A stretch of 24,235 nucleotides of DNA from IMG/VR virus record IMGVR_UViG_3300038475_000059, positions 1 to 24,235 of that record; one strand, given 5' to 3'. The position numbers were made by a program, and so were the translations under genes. Of this stretch, positions 1 through 7,065 are shown one piece after another. The notes below the pieces were generated by a model. It saw nothing but the letters and a program-made list of their open reading frames with translations, ran no database searches and was not told the origin of the DNA. Origin of the DNA: a virus (taxonomy: Duplodnaviria; Caudoviricetes). The number at the start of each line of letters is the position of its first letter. Positions within the stretch are counted from its first letter, which is position 1.

Positions 1-67
1 TAAGCATATTATCTTTTTCGTCTTCTATGCCTCTTATTTCTTTTTTGATCTGTTCCTCTGTCTTCAT
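1..67 (-). CDS. Hypothetical protein, 5' part only (MKTEEQIKKEIRGIEDEKDNML...), runs off the window
   Basis: ATG at 67 preceded by a GGAG RBS, ATGA overlap with the upstream stop, open to the window edge. Confidence 0.6.
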   Translation of the reverse strand, partial: MKTEEQIKKEIRGIEDEKDNML

Positions 68-333
68 ATTTCGATCTCCAATAAGTTAAAATGTTTTTCT
101 TCTTTATCCTGATGTAAAAATTTAAAATCATATTCTTTTAATTCTAAACATAAATGCCCGTAATTTTGAAGATAATATTTTAATTCATGATAATAATCTT
201 CATAGGTCATTATTAATTGATTATCATTAAGTTTATTCCCTAGATAATCAATTTGTTTATTTGTTGCATCTGTGATAATTCTACCTATTAAACCGTCTTC
301 TTTTTGTGTAAAAGAAAATAAATTTAGTTTCAT
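64..333 (-). CDS. Hypothetical protein
   Basis: ORF track 64..351; start moved to ATG 333 (MKLNLF), which follows a GGAGGT RBS just after the upstream stop. Confidence 0.75.
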   Translation of the reverse strand: MKLNLFSFTQKEDGLIGRIITDATNKQIDYLGNKLNDNQLIMTYEDYYHELKYYLQNYGHLCLELKEYDFKFLHQDKEEKHFNLLEIEI

Positions 334-335
334 AT

Positions 336-944
336 TTAACGACCTCCCCAATTTAATTCTTTTTCGATATAATCAAAATCTATATCTAATTTATTTAAAA
401 AGTCTTTATGTTTTATAATATCATTACGGTTGATCTTATCCTCAACATTAAACATTTTAAATAATTTTGTGTATTTATCTAATAAATCAATGTTCTCATA
501 TAGGGGTACACGATCACCACATGTTACAAATTTAATAGGATCAAGGAAATTAACGATCCACTCATTTTTATACAACCTTTCAGTAGTATAATCATAAAAA
601 CTTACCCGTTCATTTAATTTAAAGCCAACTTGATCCAATGGAATATATAAATCAGCTTTTAAATAATCTTTTTCAAAATTATATTCCCTTTTTATGCTGA
701 TAATAAAAGCTTCTTTACTATTGAGGTTTTTTACTGTTGATCTGGCTAGTCTTACATTTAAACCCGTATCAATAGATTTATATTTGCTGTAATTATCCTT
801 ATCGAACCAACCTTGATCGGTTTCGCCTATGATCTCACCGTCGTTTAATAGATATATATTATTTAATCTGTACCATCTATCATTTACACTTACAAATAAA
901 TTATTTTCGCACCCTTCCAATTTAACTAGTTTTAAACTCTCCAT
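336..944 (-). CDS. Hypothetical protein (202 aa)
   Basis: Long ORF, GGAG RBS upstream, same orientation as the array. Confidence 0.8.
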   Translation of the reverse strand: MESLKLVKLEGCENNLFVSVNDRWYRLNNIYLLNDGEIIGETDQGWFDKDNYSKYKSIDTGLNVRLARSTVKNLNSKEAFIISIKREYNFEKDYLKADLYIPLDQVGFKLNERVSFYDYTTERLYKNEWIVNFLDPIKFVTCGDRVPLYENIDLLDKYTKLFKMFNVEDKINRNDIIKHKDFLNKLDIDFDYIEKELNWGGR

Positions 945-983
945 TTATACCACTACTCCCTAGTGTTTTTATACCTTAAAATT

Positions 984-1032
984 CTACCAATCCGACCCTT
1001 AAAAGCTTTTACACTTAAAAAGGTCGGGGTAG
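984..1032. terminator. Intergenic hairpin (terminator or RNA processing site)
   Basis: CTACC..CCGACC (984-997) pairs with GGTCGG-GGTAG (1022-1032), downstream of ORF 1052..1324. Confidence 0.4.
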
Positions 1033-1051
1033 GGGGTTATTAAATGGGTAA

Positions 1052-1324
1052 CTATGACAATCTTTTTAATTTAAGTTCCCTCTCGCTTTCTAATATTCCT
1101 AGCTCGGCTTTTGTTATAGATATACTTAATTTTAACTTATCGATCTTGGTTACTGTATGAAAGTAATATTTATTATATTGATCTCGTTCTTTTTGGTTCT
1201 TAGCGTTCTTAAATAATATTATTGCGTCCTCTTGCAATGTTTCAAGCTCCCCATAGGCTTTTAATTTATATTTTAATCCTATTATTTTATCATTTATTTT
1301 TTTGTTTGTGTCTTTTAATATCAT
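1052..1324 (-). CDS. Hypothetical coiled-coil protein (90 aa)
   Basis: GAGGTGA RBS, own TATA promoter, Leu/Lys/Glu heptad-like pattern. Confidence 0.75.
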   Translation of the reverse strand: MILKDTNKKINDKIIGLKYKLKAYGELETLQEDAIILFKNAKNQKERDQYNKYYFHTVTKIDKLKLSISITKAELGILESERELKLKRLS

Positions 1325-1388
1325 TTTTTGATCACCTCTTGGTACATATATGTATTATACTATGTTATATATATAATTTGTGGTTTAA
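1325..1388 (-). promoter_or_regulatory. Archaeal early-type promoter module plus RBS
   Basis: Minus strand AAACCACAAATTATATATATAACATAGTATAATAC...GAGGTGATC-ATG, matching the repeated module consensus. Confidence 0.65.
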
Positions 1389-1600
1389 AGCTTTTAAATC
1401 GTGCCTTTTTTTTGTGGTCGGGTCGATTAATTTTATAGTGAACTCGACTTAAAATTTATCTGCAACGGGGCAATTTAAGAGCTTTTACAGTCCATTTTTA
1501 AGAGCGTTAAATAGGATTTAAACGGTTCTAAGGTCTTATAGGCAGACCTAAATAAACGCTTAAAAACGCTCTAAATCCATTTTTAGCTCCTCAACGGGCT

Positions 1601-1735
1601 TTAAATCGCTTTTACACCTCCATAATAACCTGAAATTAAATTATCATCATTTAAAACATCTAAAAGAATTTTTTGAAGCCTATCATCTGATATTTTAGGG
1701 TCAATAAACTCTAATTTAATAACTGCATGACTCAT
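1601..1735 (-). CDS. Small hypothetical protein (44 aa, MSHAVIKLEFIDPK...)
   Basis: Read by hand; ATGA overlap with upstream ORF, G-rich RBS. Confidence 0.55.
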   Translation of the reverse strand: MSHAVIKLEFIDPKISDDRLQKILLDVLNDDNLISGYYGGVKAI

Positions 1736-1902
1736 AAAAGATCGCCCCCTAAATCATAATATAACTTAGTTGCGTAATACTTACGGATCAAATATTCCTT
1801 AATCTCGCACAAATCCCGAACATAAAAATATACGATCCACCGATCAATAATCAAATCATATAAACCGATCTTATGCCTTAAAATTTCAGTAGGTTTTTTC
1901 AA
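1732..1902 (-). CDS. Small hypothetical protein (56 aa, TTG start, MKKPTEILRHKIG...)
   Basis: Read by hand; GGGGGA RBS, fills the gap between neighbours and is coupled to the next ORF. Confidence 0.55.
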   Translation of the reverse strand: MKKPTEILRHKIGLYDLIIDRWIVYFYVRDLCEIKEYLIRKYYATKLYYDLGGDLL

Positions 1903-1939
1903 TACGATCCCCCCATTTAAAAGATAATAAAGGATTTAT

Positions 1940-2383
1940 TTATAAATCCCCCATCATATAACCACATTCACAAGCGTCGGCAATTGTAGATCGATTCATA
2001 TATGATCCAACATCTACATTATGCCAATTATTGATCACCTCCCCATCACTTGAATAAATCACTTGCTTACGGAACCACATAGAAATGATCCGAGCATGAG
2101 GGTTTATACTTAAAAGATAATCAAAAAAGACCCCGTTAACATGCCAACAAGCCGATTTAATTTTTTTTCTAGAACCGTCCTTGTTAATCATATCGATTGA
2201 TCGCCTTGCACCTTTAAGACTTGAATCCTTAACGCCGAGCTTAATATTATAGGTATAACCCGATCCCGATCTTGACTTACATAATCGATCACACGCTTTA
2301 AAACCAATATTATTATCAAATACTAAATTGGTTTTTTCTATTGCTTCTAATAAATCACTTTCATTTATATTATAGATTTTTAT
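1940..2383 (-). CDS. Hypothetical protein (147 aa) with ACWH motif; apparent non-canonical ATA start
   Basis: Frame of ORF 1940..2191 stays open 64 codons further upstream to ATA at 2383, which follows a GGGGAGTGG RBS and a TATA promoter; in-frame TAG at 2396-2398. Confidence 0.65.
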   Translation of the reverse strand: MKIYNINESDLLEAIEKTNLVFDNNIGFKACDRLCKSRSGSGYTYNIKLGVKDSSLKGARRSIDMINKDGSRKKIKSACWHVNGVFFDYLLSINPHARIISMWFRKQVIYSSDGEVINNWHNVDVGSYMNRSTIADACECGYMMGDL

Positions 2384-2438
2384 GTTACCACTCCCCTATA
2401 TTACTATTGTACTAACTTATATATAAATGTATGTTTTT
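2384..2438 (-). promoter_or_regulatory. Promoter module plus RBS
   Basis: Minus strand AAAAACATACATTTATATATAAGTTAGTACAATAG...GGGGAG; 18 bp identical at 2408-2425 and 2847-2864. Confidence 0.6.
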
Positions 2439-2717
2439 ATTAATAATAAACGATCTCTCAATACATGATAAAAACTGTTGATTGATCATATTATATATAG
2501 CTCCCTCAAAATAATATTTAACATAAAATAGAATAGATCGATCAATCACTTCGATCCCTAATAGATCAAACCTTTTTTCTGTTCCCTCATGATTTACTAT
2601 AAGTTCTTTTAAATCAGTTCCCATAAATTCTTTTAGTTCCTTACCGTATATATGTTTTTCTAAAAACTCCGATCTTTTATGTGTTTCATGTATTTTAATT
2701 CTTTTTTCTATTGACAT
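2412..2717 (-). CDS. Hypothetical protein (101 aa)
   Basis: GGGAG RBS and promoter upstream. Confidence 0.75.
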   Translation of the reverse strand: MSIEKRIKIHETHKRSEFLEKHIYGKELKEFMGTDLKELIVNHEGTEKRFDLLGIEVIDRSILFYVKYYFEGAIYNMINQQFLSCIERSFIINKNIHLYIS

Positions 2718-2800
2718 TTTTTTTATCTCCCTACAACTTTTTAATGTTGTACTTTTGTATATTATAGTATGTACTAAGTTATATATAAATCTTTTTATTC
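2718..2800 (-). promoter_or_regulatory. Promoter module plus RBS
   Basis: Minus strand AAAAAGATTTATATATAACTTAGTACATACTA...GGGAG. Confidence 0.6.
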
Positions 2801-2960
2801 ATGATTAATCATGATAATTTTATTATATTATATCTGATTCTTAGTATGTACTAACTTATATATATAATGATCGGTGTTATAAGTAACCAACTTATAAGTT
2901 ATAACCGACCAACTTATAAGTTATAAGTTATAAGTTATAACAACATGATTAATCATGATA
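2799..2960. repeat. Palindrome and tandem-repeat cluster in non-coding DNA
   Basis: TCATGATTAATCATGA (2799-2814), CATGATTAATCATG (2945-2958), AACTTATAAGTT (2889-2900, 2911-2922), tandem TTATAAG heptamers 2877-2940. Confidence 0.85.
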
Positions 2961-3185
2961 AATCGAGGGGATCATTACTGATACTTAGTATGTATTTTAA
3001 AGCTTATATACTTTATCGATCATGATTAAACATAATAAATAATGATTAATAGTTATAAATAAAAAAGATCATATATGATACTATTATGTAGTTAATAGCT
3101 TATAAATGTATTGGTTCGTTATATAAGGGTTTAGCGATCTAAAAGTAGGACATAAAAAAAATATAGTAATACTAAAAATATATTC

Positions 3186-3226
3186 AAAAAAAAATAGGGA
3201 TCGGGGGGAAACAATAACCCCCGATC
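3186..3226 (-). terminator. Hairpin plus T-tract terminator
   Basis: Perfect 9-bp stem GATCGGGGG/CCCCCGATC (3199-3226) followed on the minus strand by a T9 run, downstream of ORF 3253..3519. Confidence 0.75.
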
Positions 3227-3252
3227 TTGACAATATAGGAGTTATGTCAATA

Positions 3253-3519
3253 TTATATATCTCCATATTCTTTTAATAATATATCTATAACTATTTTATG
3301 GAGCTTATCCTTAATATAATTGGGATAAGATCGATCTGTTGCGTATAACTGTTGAGATATACGATCTAAATAATAAGGGGGTTTTTTAAAATCATATATA
3401 GTTATATGATCTGTAAAAAATTGATCAGTAACTACATATAGATCACCCTCAATACTTAGTATATTATATTTATTGTTACTACTAGTATATATAATTTCTT
3501 CTTTATTATCCATTAACAT
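3253..3519 (-). CDS. Hypothetical protein (88 aa)
   Basis: AGGTGA RBS, directly abuts the upstream gene. Confidence 0.75.
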   Translation of the reverse strand: MLMDNKEEIIYTSSNNKYNILSIEGDLYVVTDQFFTDHITIYDFKKPPYYLDRISQQLYATDRSYPNYIKDKLHKIVIDILLKEYGDI

Positions 3520-3960
3520 TTAGATCACCTTAGATTTAAAATAGTGTTTTTCAATAGTATTAAATATATCTTCTAGAAGATCACCACTTAATGAACATAG
3601 ATCATGTTTAATAACATCATTATAATAATAACTAGGTTCATTAAATACTTCTTCTAGTATTTCTTTTACATATTCAATAACTGTATATCCATATTCTTTA
3701 AAATCATCTTGATCCTTAATATATGGTATATAACATTTTAACCCGTTATATTTAAAATAGTAATTATACCATAGATCAATATTTACTAGATCGATCTTTA
3801 TTTCTTCTAGTTCCATATAGTTTTTTTCTTCTATATATTCCACTTTTAAACCTATTGGTTTAAGTTTGTTATTTATTTCTTCTATTGTTTGATCATATAT
3901 TATTTGATCAATTATTTCTATTTCTTCAATCATTCTTTTTTCTTCTATTGTTTTTATCAT
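3520..3960 (-). CDS. Acidic hypothetical protein (146 aa)
   Basis: GGAG RBS and own promoter; Glu/Asp/Tyr/Ile-rich. Confidence 0.8.
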   Translation of the reverse strand: MIKTIEEKRMIEEIEIIDQIIYDQTIEEINNKLKPIGLKVEYIEEKNYMELEEIKIDLVNIDLWYNYYFKYNGLKCYIPYIKDQDDFKEYGYTVIEYVKEILEEVFNEPSYYYNDVIKHDLCSLSGDLLEDIFNTIEKHYFKSKVI

Positions 3961-4015
3961 GTTTTTAACTCCTATTATTATATTGTACTATGTTTTATAT
4001 ATACTTATGTATTCA
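3961..4015 (-). promoter_or_regulatory. Promoter module plus RBS
   Basis: Minus strand GAATACATAAGTATATATAAAACATAGTACAATATAATAATAGGAGTTAAAAAC-ATG; 19 bp identical at 3976-3994 and 4416-4434. Confidence 0.7.
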
Positions 4016-4033
4016 AAAAAAATATAGATAATA

Positions 4034-4387
4034 TTAGAAATAATCAACTAATATATCCATATTAATAAATGATATTGTTTCATCATTCAAATAAGGGTTT
4101 AAATAACTGTTATATGAATATGTTCCATAATCTATTAAACCTTTACTTTGATCAATAACTAGTGTATATTGAGATAATATAAAGAATACTATATCACTAA
4201 ATGTATTGATATTTGGTAATTGATTGATAATATATTCTTTATCTTCTACAATATAATTAAAAGCTTTATTTAACATATAATTTATATCATCATTATCGAT
4301 ATAATTTATACGATTTGTTTTATACTTTTTATTTAGTATATAATTTAATTCTTTTTTAATATCTAGTTTTGTTTTGTTTTGTTTCAT
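4034..4387 (-). CDS. Hypothetical protein (117 aa)
   Basis: GGAG RBS, own promoter, followed by a T-tract. Confidence 0.8.
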   Translation of the reverse strand: MKQNKTKLDIKKELNYILNKKYKTNRINYIDNDDINYMLNKAFNYIVEDKEYIINQLPNINTFSDIVFFILSQYTLVIDQSKGLIDYGTYSYNSYLNPYLNDETISFINMDILVDYF

Positions 4388-4455
4388 GTTTTAACTCCTT
4401 ATGTATTCCATAATATATTATATTGTACTATGTTATATATATAGTTATTGATCAC
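4388..4455 (-). promoter_or_regulatory. Promoter module plus RBS
   Basis: Minus strand CAATAACTATATATATAACATAGTACAATATAATATATTATGGA...GGAGTTAAAAC-ATG; 21 bp identical at 4407-4427 and 5072-5092. Confidence 0.7.
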
Positions 4456-4528
4456 TAAAAATACCATAAATAGATCAATACATATATACCAAATAGTACA
4501 TAAATGATCAAAAAAAATAATAAATGAT

Positions 4529-5062
4529 TTAAATATTTATATAAACCATAATACTATCACTAGGGAATATACTATCATCTTGATAACATAATCTTTCACC
4601 AAATAAAGTATATGGTTTATTGTATTCATCATTTATATCTAATTGTATTTCTAATTGAGGATAATTTTCTATATATTCTAATTCATCTTCTTTTATATCT
4701 TTGTAGAATTCATCTTTAAAGATATTTATTTCATTCATATTATCTTCTTTAAATTCTTCTACAATTAATTTAACTATGTTTAGATATTTTCTATCATCAA
4801 TATCGTATAATTCATATATATTTGAGTTATTTAATCCATCTTTTATGAATTCTCTTAAATCATCATCTTTTATATAAGATAATAATTTTGTTTCTAATAC
4901 ATCAGTTATTGATCCATCAATACTTAAAGATATATTTTGAAGATAATTTAAATCTTCAAATACATTAAATACTTCAAGATTAACAAGTTTGTTAAATCCA
5001 TTTTTAAATTCTTTTTGGATTTGTATTCTATTTTGTATTTGTTTGTTGTTTCTTTGTTTCAT
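4529..5062 (-). CDS. Acidic hypothetical protein (177 aa)
   Basis: GGAG RBS, own promoter, T-tract after the stop; about one fifth Asp/Glu. Confidence 0.8.
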   Translation of the reverse strand: MKQRNNKQIQNRIQIQKEFKNGFNKLVNLEVFNVFEDLNYLQNISLSIDGSITDVLETKLLSYIKDDDLREFIKDGLNNSNIYELYDIDDRKYLNIVKLIVEEFKEDNMNEINIFKDEFYKDIKEDELEYIENYPQLEIQLDINDEYNKPYTLFGERLCYQDDSIFPSDSIMVYINI

Positions 5063-5120
5063 GTTTTTAACTCCATAATATATTATATTGTATACTGTAT
5101 TATATATACTTATGGTTTAA
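5063..5120 (-). promoter_or_regulatory. Promoter module plus RBS
   Basis: Minus strand AAACCATAAGTATATATAATACAGTATACAATATAATATATTATGGAGTTAAAAAC-ATG; 18 bp identical at 5081-5098 and 5556-5573. Confidence 0.7.
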
Positions 5121-5134
5121 AAAAATAATATAGG

Positions 5135-5224
5135 TTATTTCATAATACCATAAGAATATAAACCTATAATAGATATTATAATAAGTAAATAGAAATATAT
5201 TACTTCTTTAGTTACTGAATACAT
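5135..5224 (-). CDS. 29-aa single-pass membrane peptide (MYSVTKEVIYFYLLIIISIIGLYSYGIMK)
   Basis: Read by hand; AGGTGAAACA-ATG start context is 18 bp identical to that of ORF 5258..5530; hydrophobic core. Confidence 0.6.
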   Translation of the reverse strand: MYSVTKEVIYFYLLIIISIIGLYSYGIMK

Positions 5225-5257
5225 TGTTTCACCTATTTTTAAAAAGATATAATAGGT

Positions 5258-5530
5258 TTATATCCTATTATATAGACTTAAATAGTATTTACTTAATACT
5301 AGTGATATCTGTTCAAATATAGCACTATTAATACCTAGTGTAAAGCTTAAAGATATAAGCTTTTTAAGATATCCATAGTTATTTGTTTTGGTATATTCTA
5401 TCCATAGTTTATAAAAAGTATTTATTTGTTGTCTAGACTTTATAGGATAGTTTTTTATGTTTCCATTTATATTTATGTTTTCTAATATATGTTTTCCATT
5501 TATACTTAAGTTTTGTTTTGTTTTATACAT
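5258..5530 (-). CDS. Basic hypothetical protein (90 aa)
   Basis: AGGTGA RBS, own promoter, stop inside a hairpin. Confidence 0.75.
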   Translation of the reverse strand: MYKTKQNLSINGKHILENININGNIKNYPIKSRQQINTFYKLWIEYTKTNNYGYLKKLISLSFTLGINSAIFEQISLVLSKYYLSLYNRI

Positions 5531-5595
5531 TGTTTCACCTATATTGTATTTACATTATTATATTGTATACTGTCTTATATATAGTTTTGGTATTA
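5531..5595 (-). promoter_or_regulatory. Promoter module plus RBS
   Basis: Minus strand TACCAAAACTATATATAAGACAGTATACAATATAAT...AGGTGAAACA-ATG. Confidence 0.7.
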
Positions 5596-5613
5596 AAAAA
5601 ATATGATATTTAA

Positions 5614-5662
5614 AAGATATTAAAAACCCGTTGTAAATATTAAGATATTAAAAACCCGTTGT
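5614..5662. repeat. 21-bp direct repeat, two copies, period 28
   Basis: AAGATATTAAAAACCCGTTGT at 5614-5634 and 5642-5662. Confidence 0.85.
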
Positions 5663-5700
5663 TTTATAAACGATATTAAACTATAATGATTAATCATGAT

Positions 5701-5743
5701 AAATAAAAAAAAATAAAAAAAATATAGGGATTTAATCCCTATA
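5701..5743 (-). terminator. Palindrome plus long T-tracts, probable terminator
   Basis: TATAGGGATT-T-AATCCCTATA (5723-5743) followed on the minus strand by two long T runs. Confidence 0.7.
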
Positions 5744-5857
5744 AGAACCCGTTTCTTTAGCACAACTTATACAAAACTCTAAACTTATATTCTTATTTAT
5801 TTGGTGAGGTACTTTCACTATTTCTTTAACTTCTTTAAAACATCTTTGACATTTCAT
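5732..5857 (-). CDS. 41-aa zinc-finger microprotein (CQRC...CISC)
   Basis: Read by hand: MKCQRCFKEVKEIVKVPHQINKNISLEFCISCAKETGSYRD; GGAGGT RBS; two CxxC motifs. Confidence 0.75.
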   Translation of the reverse strand: MKCQRCFKEVKEIVKVPHQINKNISLEFCISCAKETGSYRD

Positions 5858-5884
5858 CTTATTACCTCCAAAGAATTAAGGGAT

Positions 5885-6052
5885 TTAATCCCTTATAGTA
5901 TTGATTTCTATTGCATAGAAACGATCTGAAAACTTGTTTCTTAAGGCTTTACATTGTTTTATTGCATCATCTAGATCGTCTATTGGGTTTATATTTTCAA
6001 TTATCTTTATTCCATTTCTTTCTATTCTATAAACTATATTCCATTTATCCAT
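5885..6052 (-). CDS. Small hypothetical protein (55 aa, MDKWNIVYRIERNG...)
   Basis: Read by hand; overlaps the upstream stop and ends inside the conserved AGGGATTAAATCCCT palindrome. Confidence 0.6.
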   Translation of the reverse strand: MDKWNIVYRIERNGIKIIENINPIDDLDDAIKQCKALRNKFSDRFYAIEINTIRD

Positions 6053-6185
6053 TTATATCAACTCTTATTGGTCTAAAGGCTTTTATATTAGTCTTTATAA
6101 ATCTATTATGTTTCTTTAAGTATTCTATTCTTTCTTTGTTACTATCATCTATTACTTCTATTAAGGCTTTATATACTCTATCCAT
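6045..6185 (-). CDS. Small hypothetical protein (46 aa, MDRVYKALIEVID...)
   Basis: Read by hand; strong GGAGGT RBS. Confidence 0.65.
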   Translation of the reverse strand: MDRVYKALIEVIDDSNKERIEYLKKHNRFIKTNIKAFRPIRVDING

Positions 6186-6216
6186 TGTATTAACCTCCAA
6201 AAAAGATAGTAAAGGA

Positions 6217-6456
6217 TTAATCCTTTACTTCTATGTCTACTAGTCCTAGACTTTCATACCAGTTAAGGCTTGATTTAAGATTTTCAATTGTAACTCTTAA
6301 ATGTTTATACTCGTTTATTCTTCTTTCACAAGCATATTTCCACTTAGGGTTATATTCATCTATTGGTATACTTAAATCATCTAAGATAGGATATAAGAGT
6401 TTTTCAGCTTTTAAAACTTGTTTCCTAGTTTCTTCTATGTGTTGTTTACTTATCAT
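6217..6456 (-). CDS. Hypothetical protein (79 aa)
   Basis: AGGTGA RBS; stop lies within a perfect 22-bp palindrome at 6208-6229. Confidence 0.75.
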   Translation of the reverse strand: MISKQHIEETRKQVLKAEKLLYPILDDLSIPIDEYNPKWKYACERRINEYKHLRVTIENLKSSLNWYESLGLVDIEVKD

Positions 6457-6482
6457 TGTTTCACCTTTTAAAAAGAAATGGA

Positions 6483-6722
6483 TTAAGGTAATAATCCATT
6501 TATTGTATGTTCACTCCTTATATCTATTTTGTAGAAGTTAAGAAGTTTGAATACTGTTTCACAAGCTTTTAAACTCCCTAATTCCATTTCTAAGTTTTTC
6601 TCAAGATGTGTTAAGTCTTTAAGACTTAAACCTATCTTAACTTTATCAACCTTAGGGATAGTATCTGTTTTAAAAGCCATTTCTTTTAAGTCGTCTATGT
6701 AGTCTATTGTTTGTATTTTCAT
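6483..6722 (-). CDS. Hypothetical protein (79 aa)
   Basis: ORF track 6483..6755; start moved to ATG 6722 (MKIQT) after a GGAG RBS. Confidence 0.7.
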   Translation of the reverse strand: MKIQTIDYIDDLKEMAFKTDTIPKVDKVKIGLSLKDLTHLEKNLEMELGSLKACETVFKLLNFYKIDIRSEHTINGLLP

Positions 6723-6971
6723 AGTTTTGTAACTCCTATTGTTTTTTAAAACCATATAAACAAGCTTTATTCTATTAGTGGGACATATACACGCATAAGT
6801 TGTATATACCCGTTACCACTTGATCCGTTATTTGTTTGTATGTTTCATCTATCAACTCCCACTTAATCCATATTAACCCTTAGATCACCGTTGCTTATAA
6901 ACCCTTGCATACTTTTTGTTCACTTGTTGGTGTTATTTTGTTCACTTTTTGTGTTATTTTGAGTGATTTTT

Positions 6972-7065
6972 AGGTATACCTTAATCATCTTCTAAGACTT
7001 TTAATCTTAATTCTAAGGCTTATTATCCTTTAGTTACTTTAAGTTATTTAAGGTATACCTTAATC
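6972..7065. repeat. Duplicated palindromic element at the composition boundary
   Basis: AGGTATACCTTAATC at 6972-6986 and 7051-7065; the second copy overlaps the perfect 16-bp palindrome TTAAGGTATACCTTAA (7048-7063). Confidence 0.8.

Noticed and set aside
1222-1452. Plus-strand 76-aa ORF
   Set aside because: Antisense to a real gene and its promoter; composition reflects T-rich antisense DNA
1506-1523. TAGGATTTAAAC resembles the 3' end of some archaeal CRISPR repeats (solitary repeat, RNA anti-CRISPR idea)
   Set aside because: The match is short and AT-rich; it cannot be supported without the host repeat sequence
2877-2960. Possible CRISPR mini-array
   Set aside because: Repeats are short tandem or palindromic units with no unique 30-40 bp spacers
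3084-3266. 60-aa minus-strand ORF
   Set aside because: Runs through a clear terminator hairpin, T-tracts and a promoter; no RBS
5614-5662. Possible CRISPR repeat pair
   Set aside because: Only 7 bp between the copies; a simple tandem duplication
5911-6541. Plus-strand ORFs 5911..6243 and 6233..6541
   Set aside because: Shadows of minus-strand genes that have strong RBS
6828-6848. Minigene MKHTNK after a promoter and GGAG RBS
   Set aside because: Six codons only; could be a decayed cassette or leader peptide but cannot be supported
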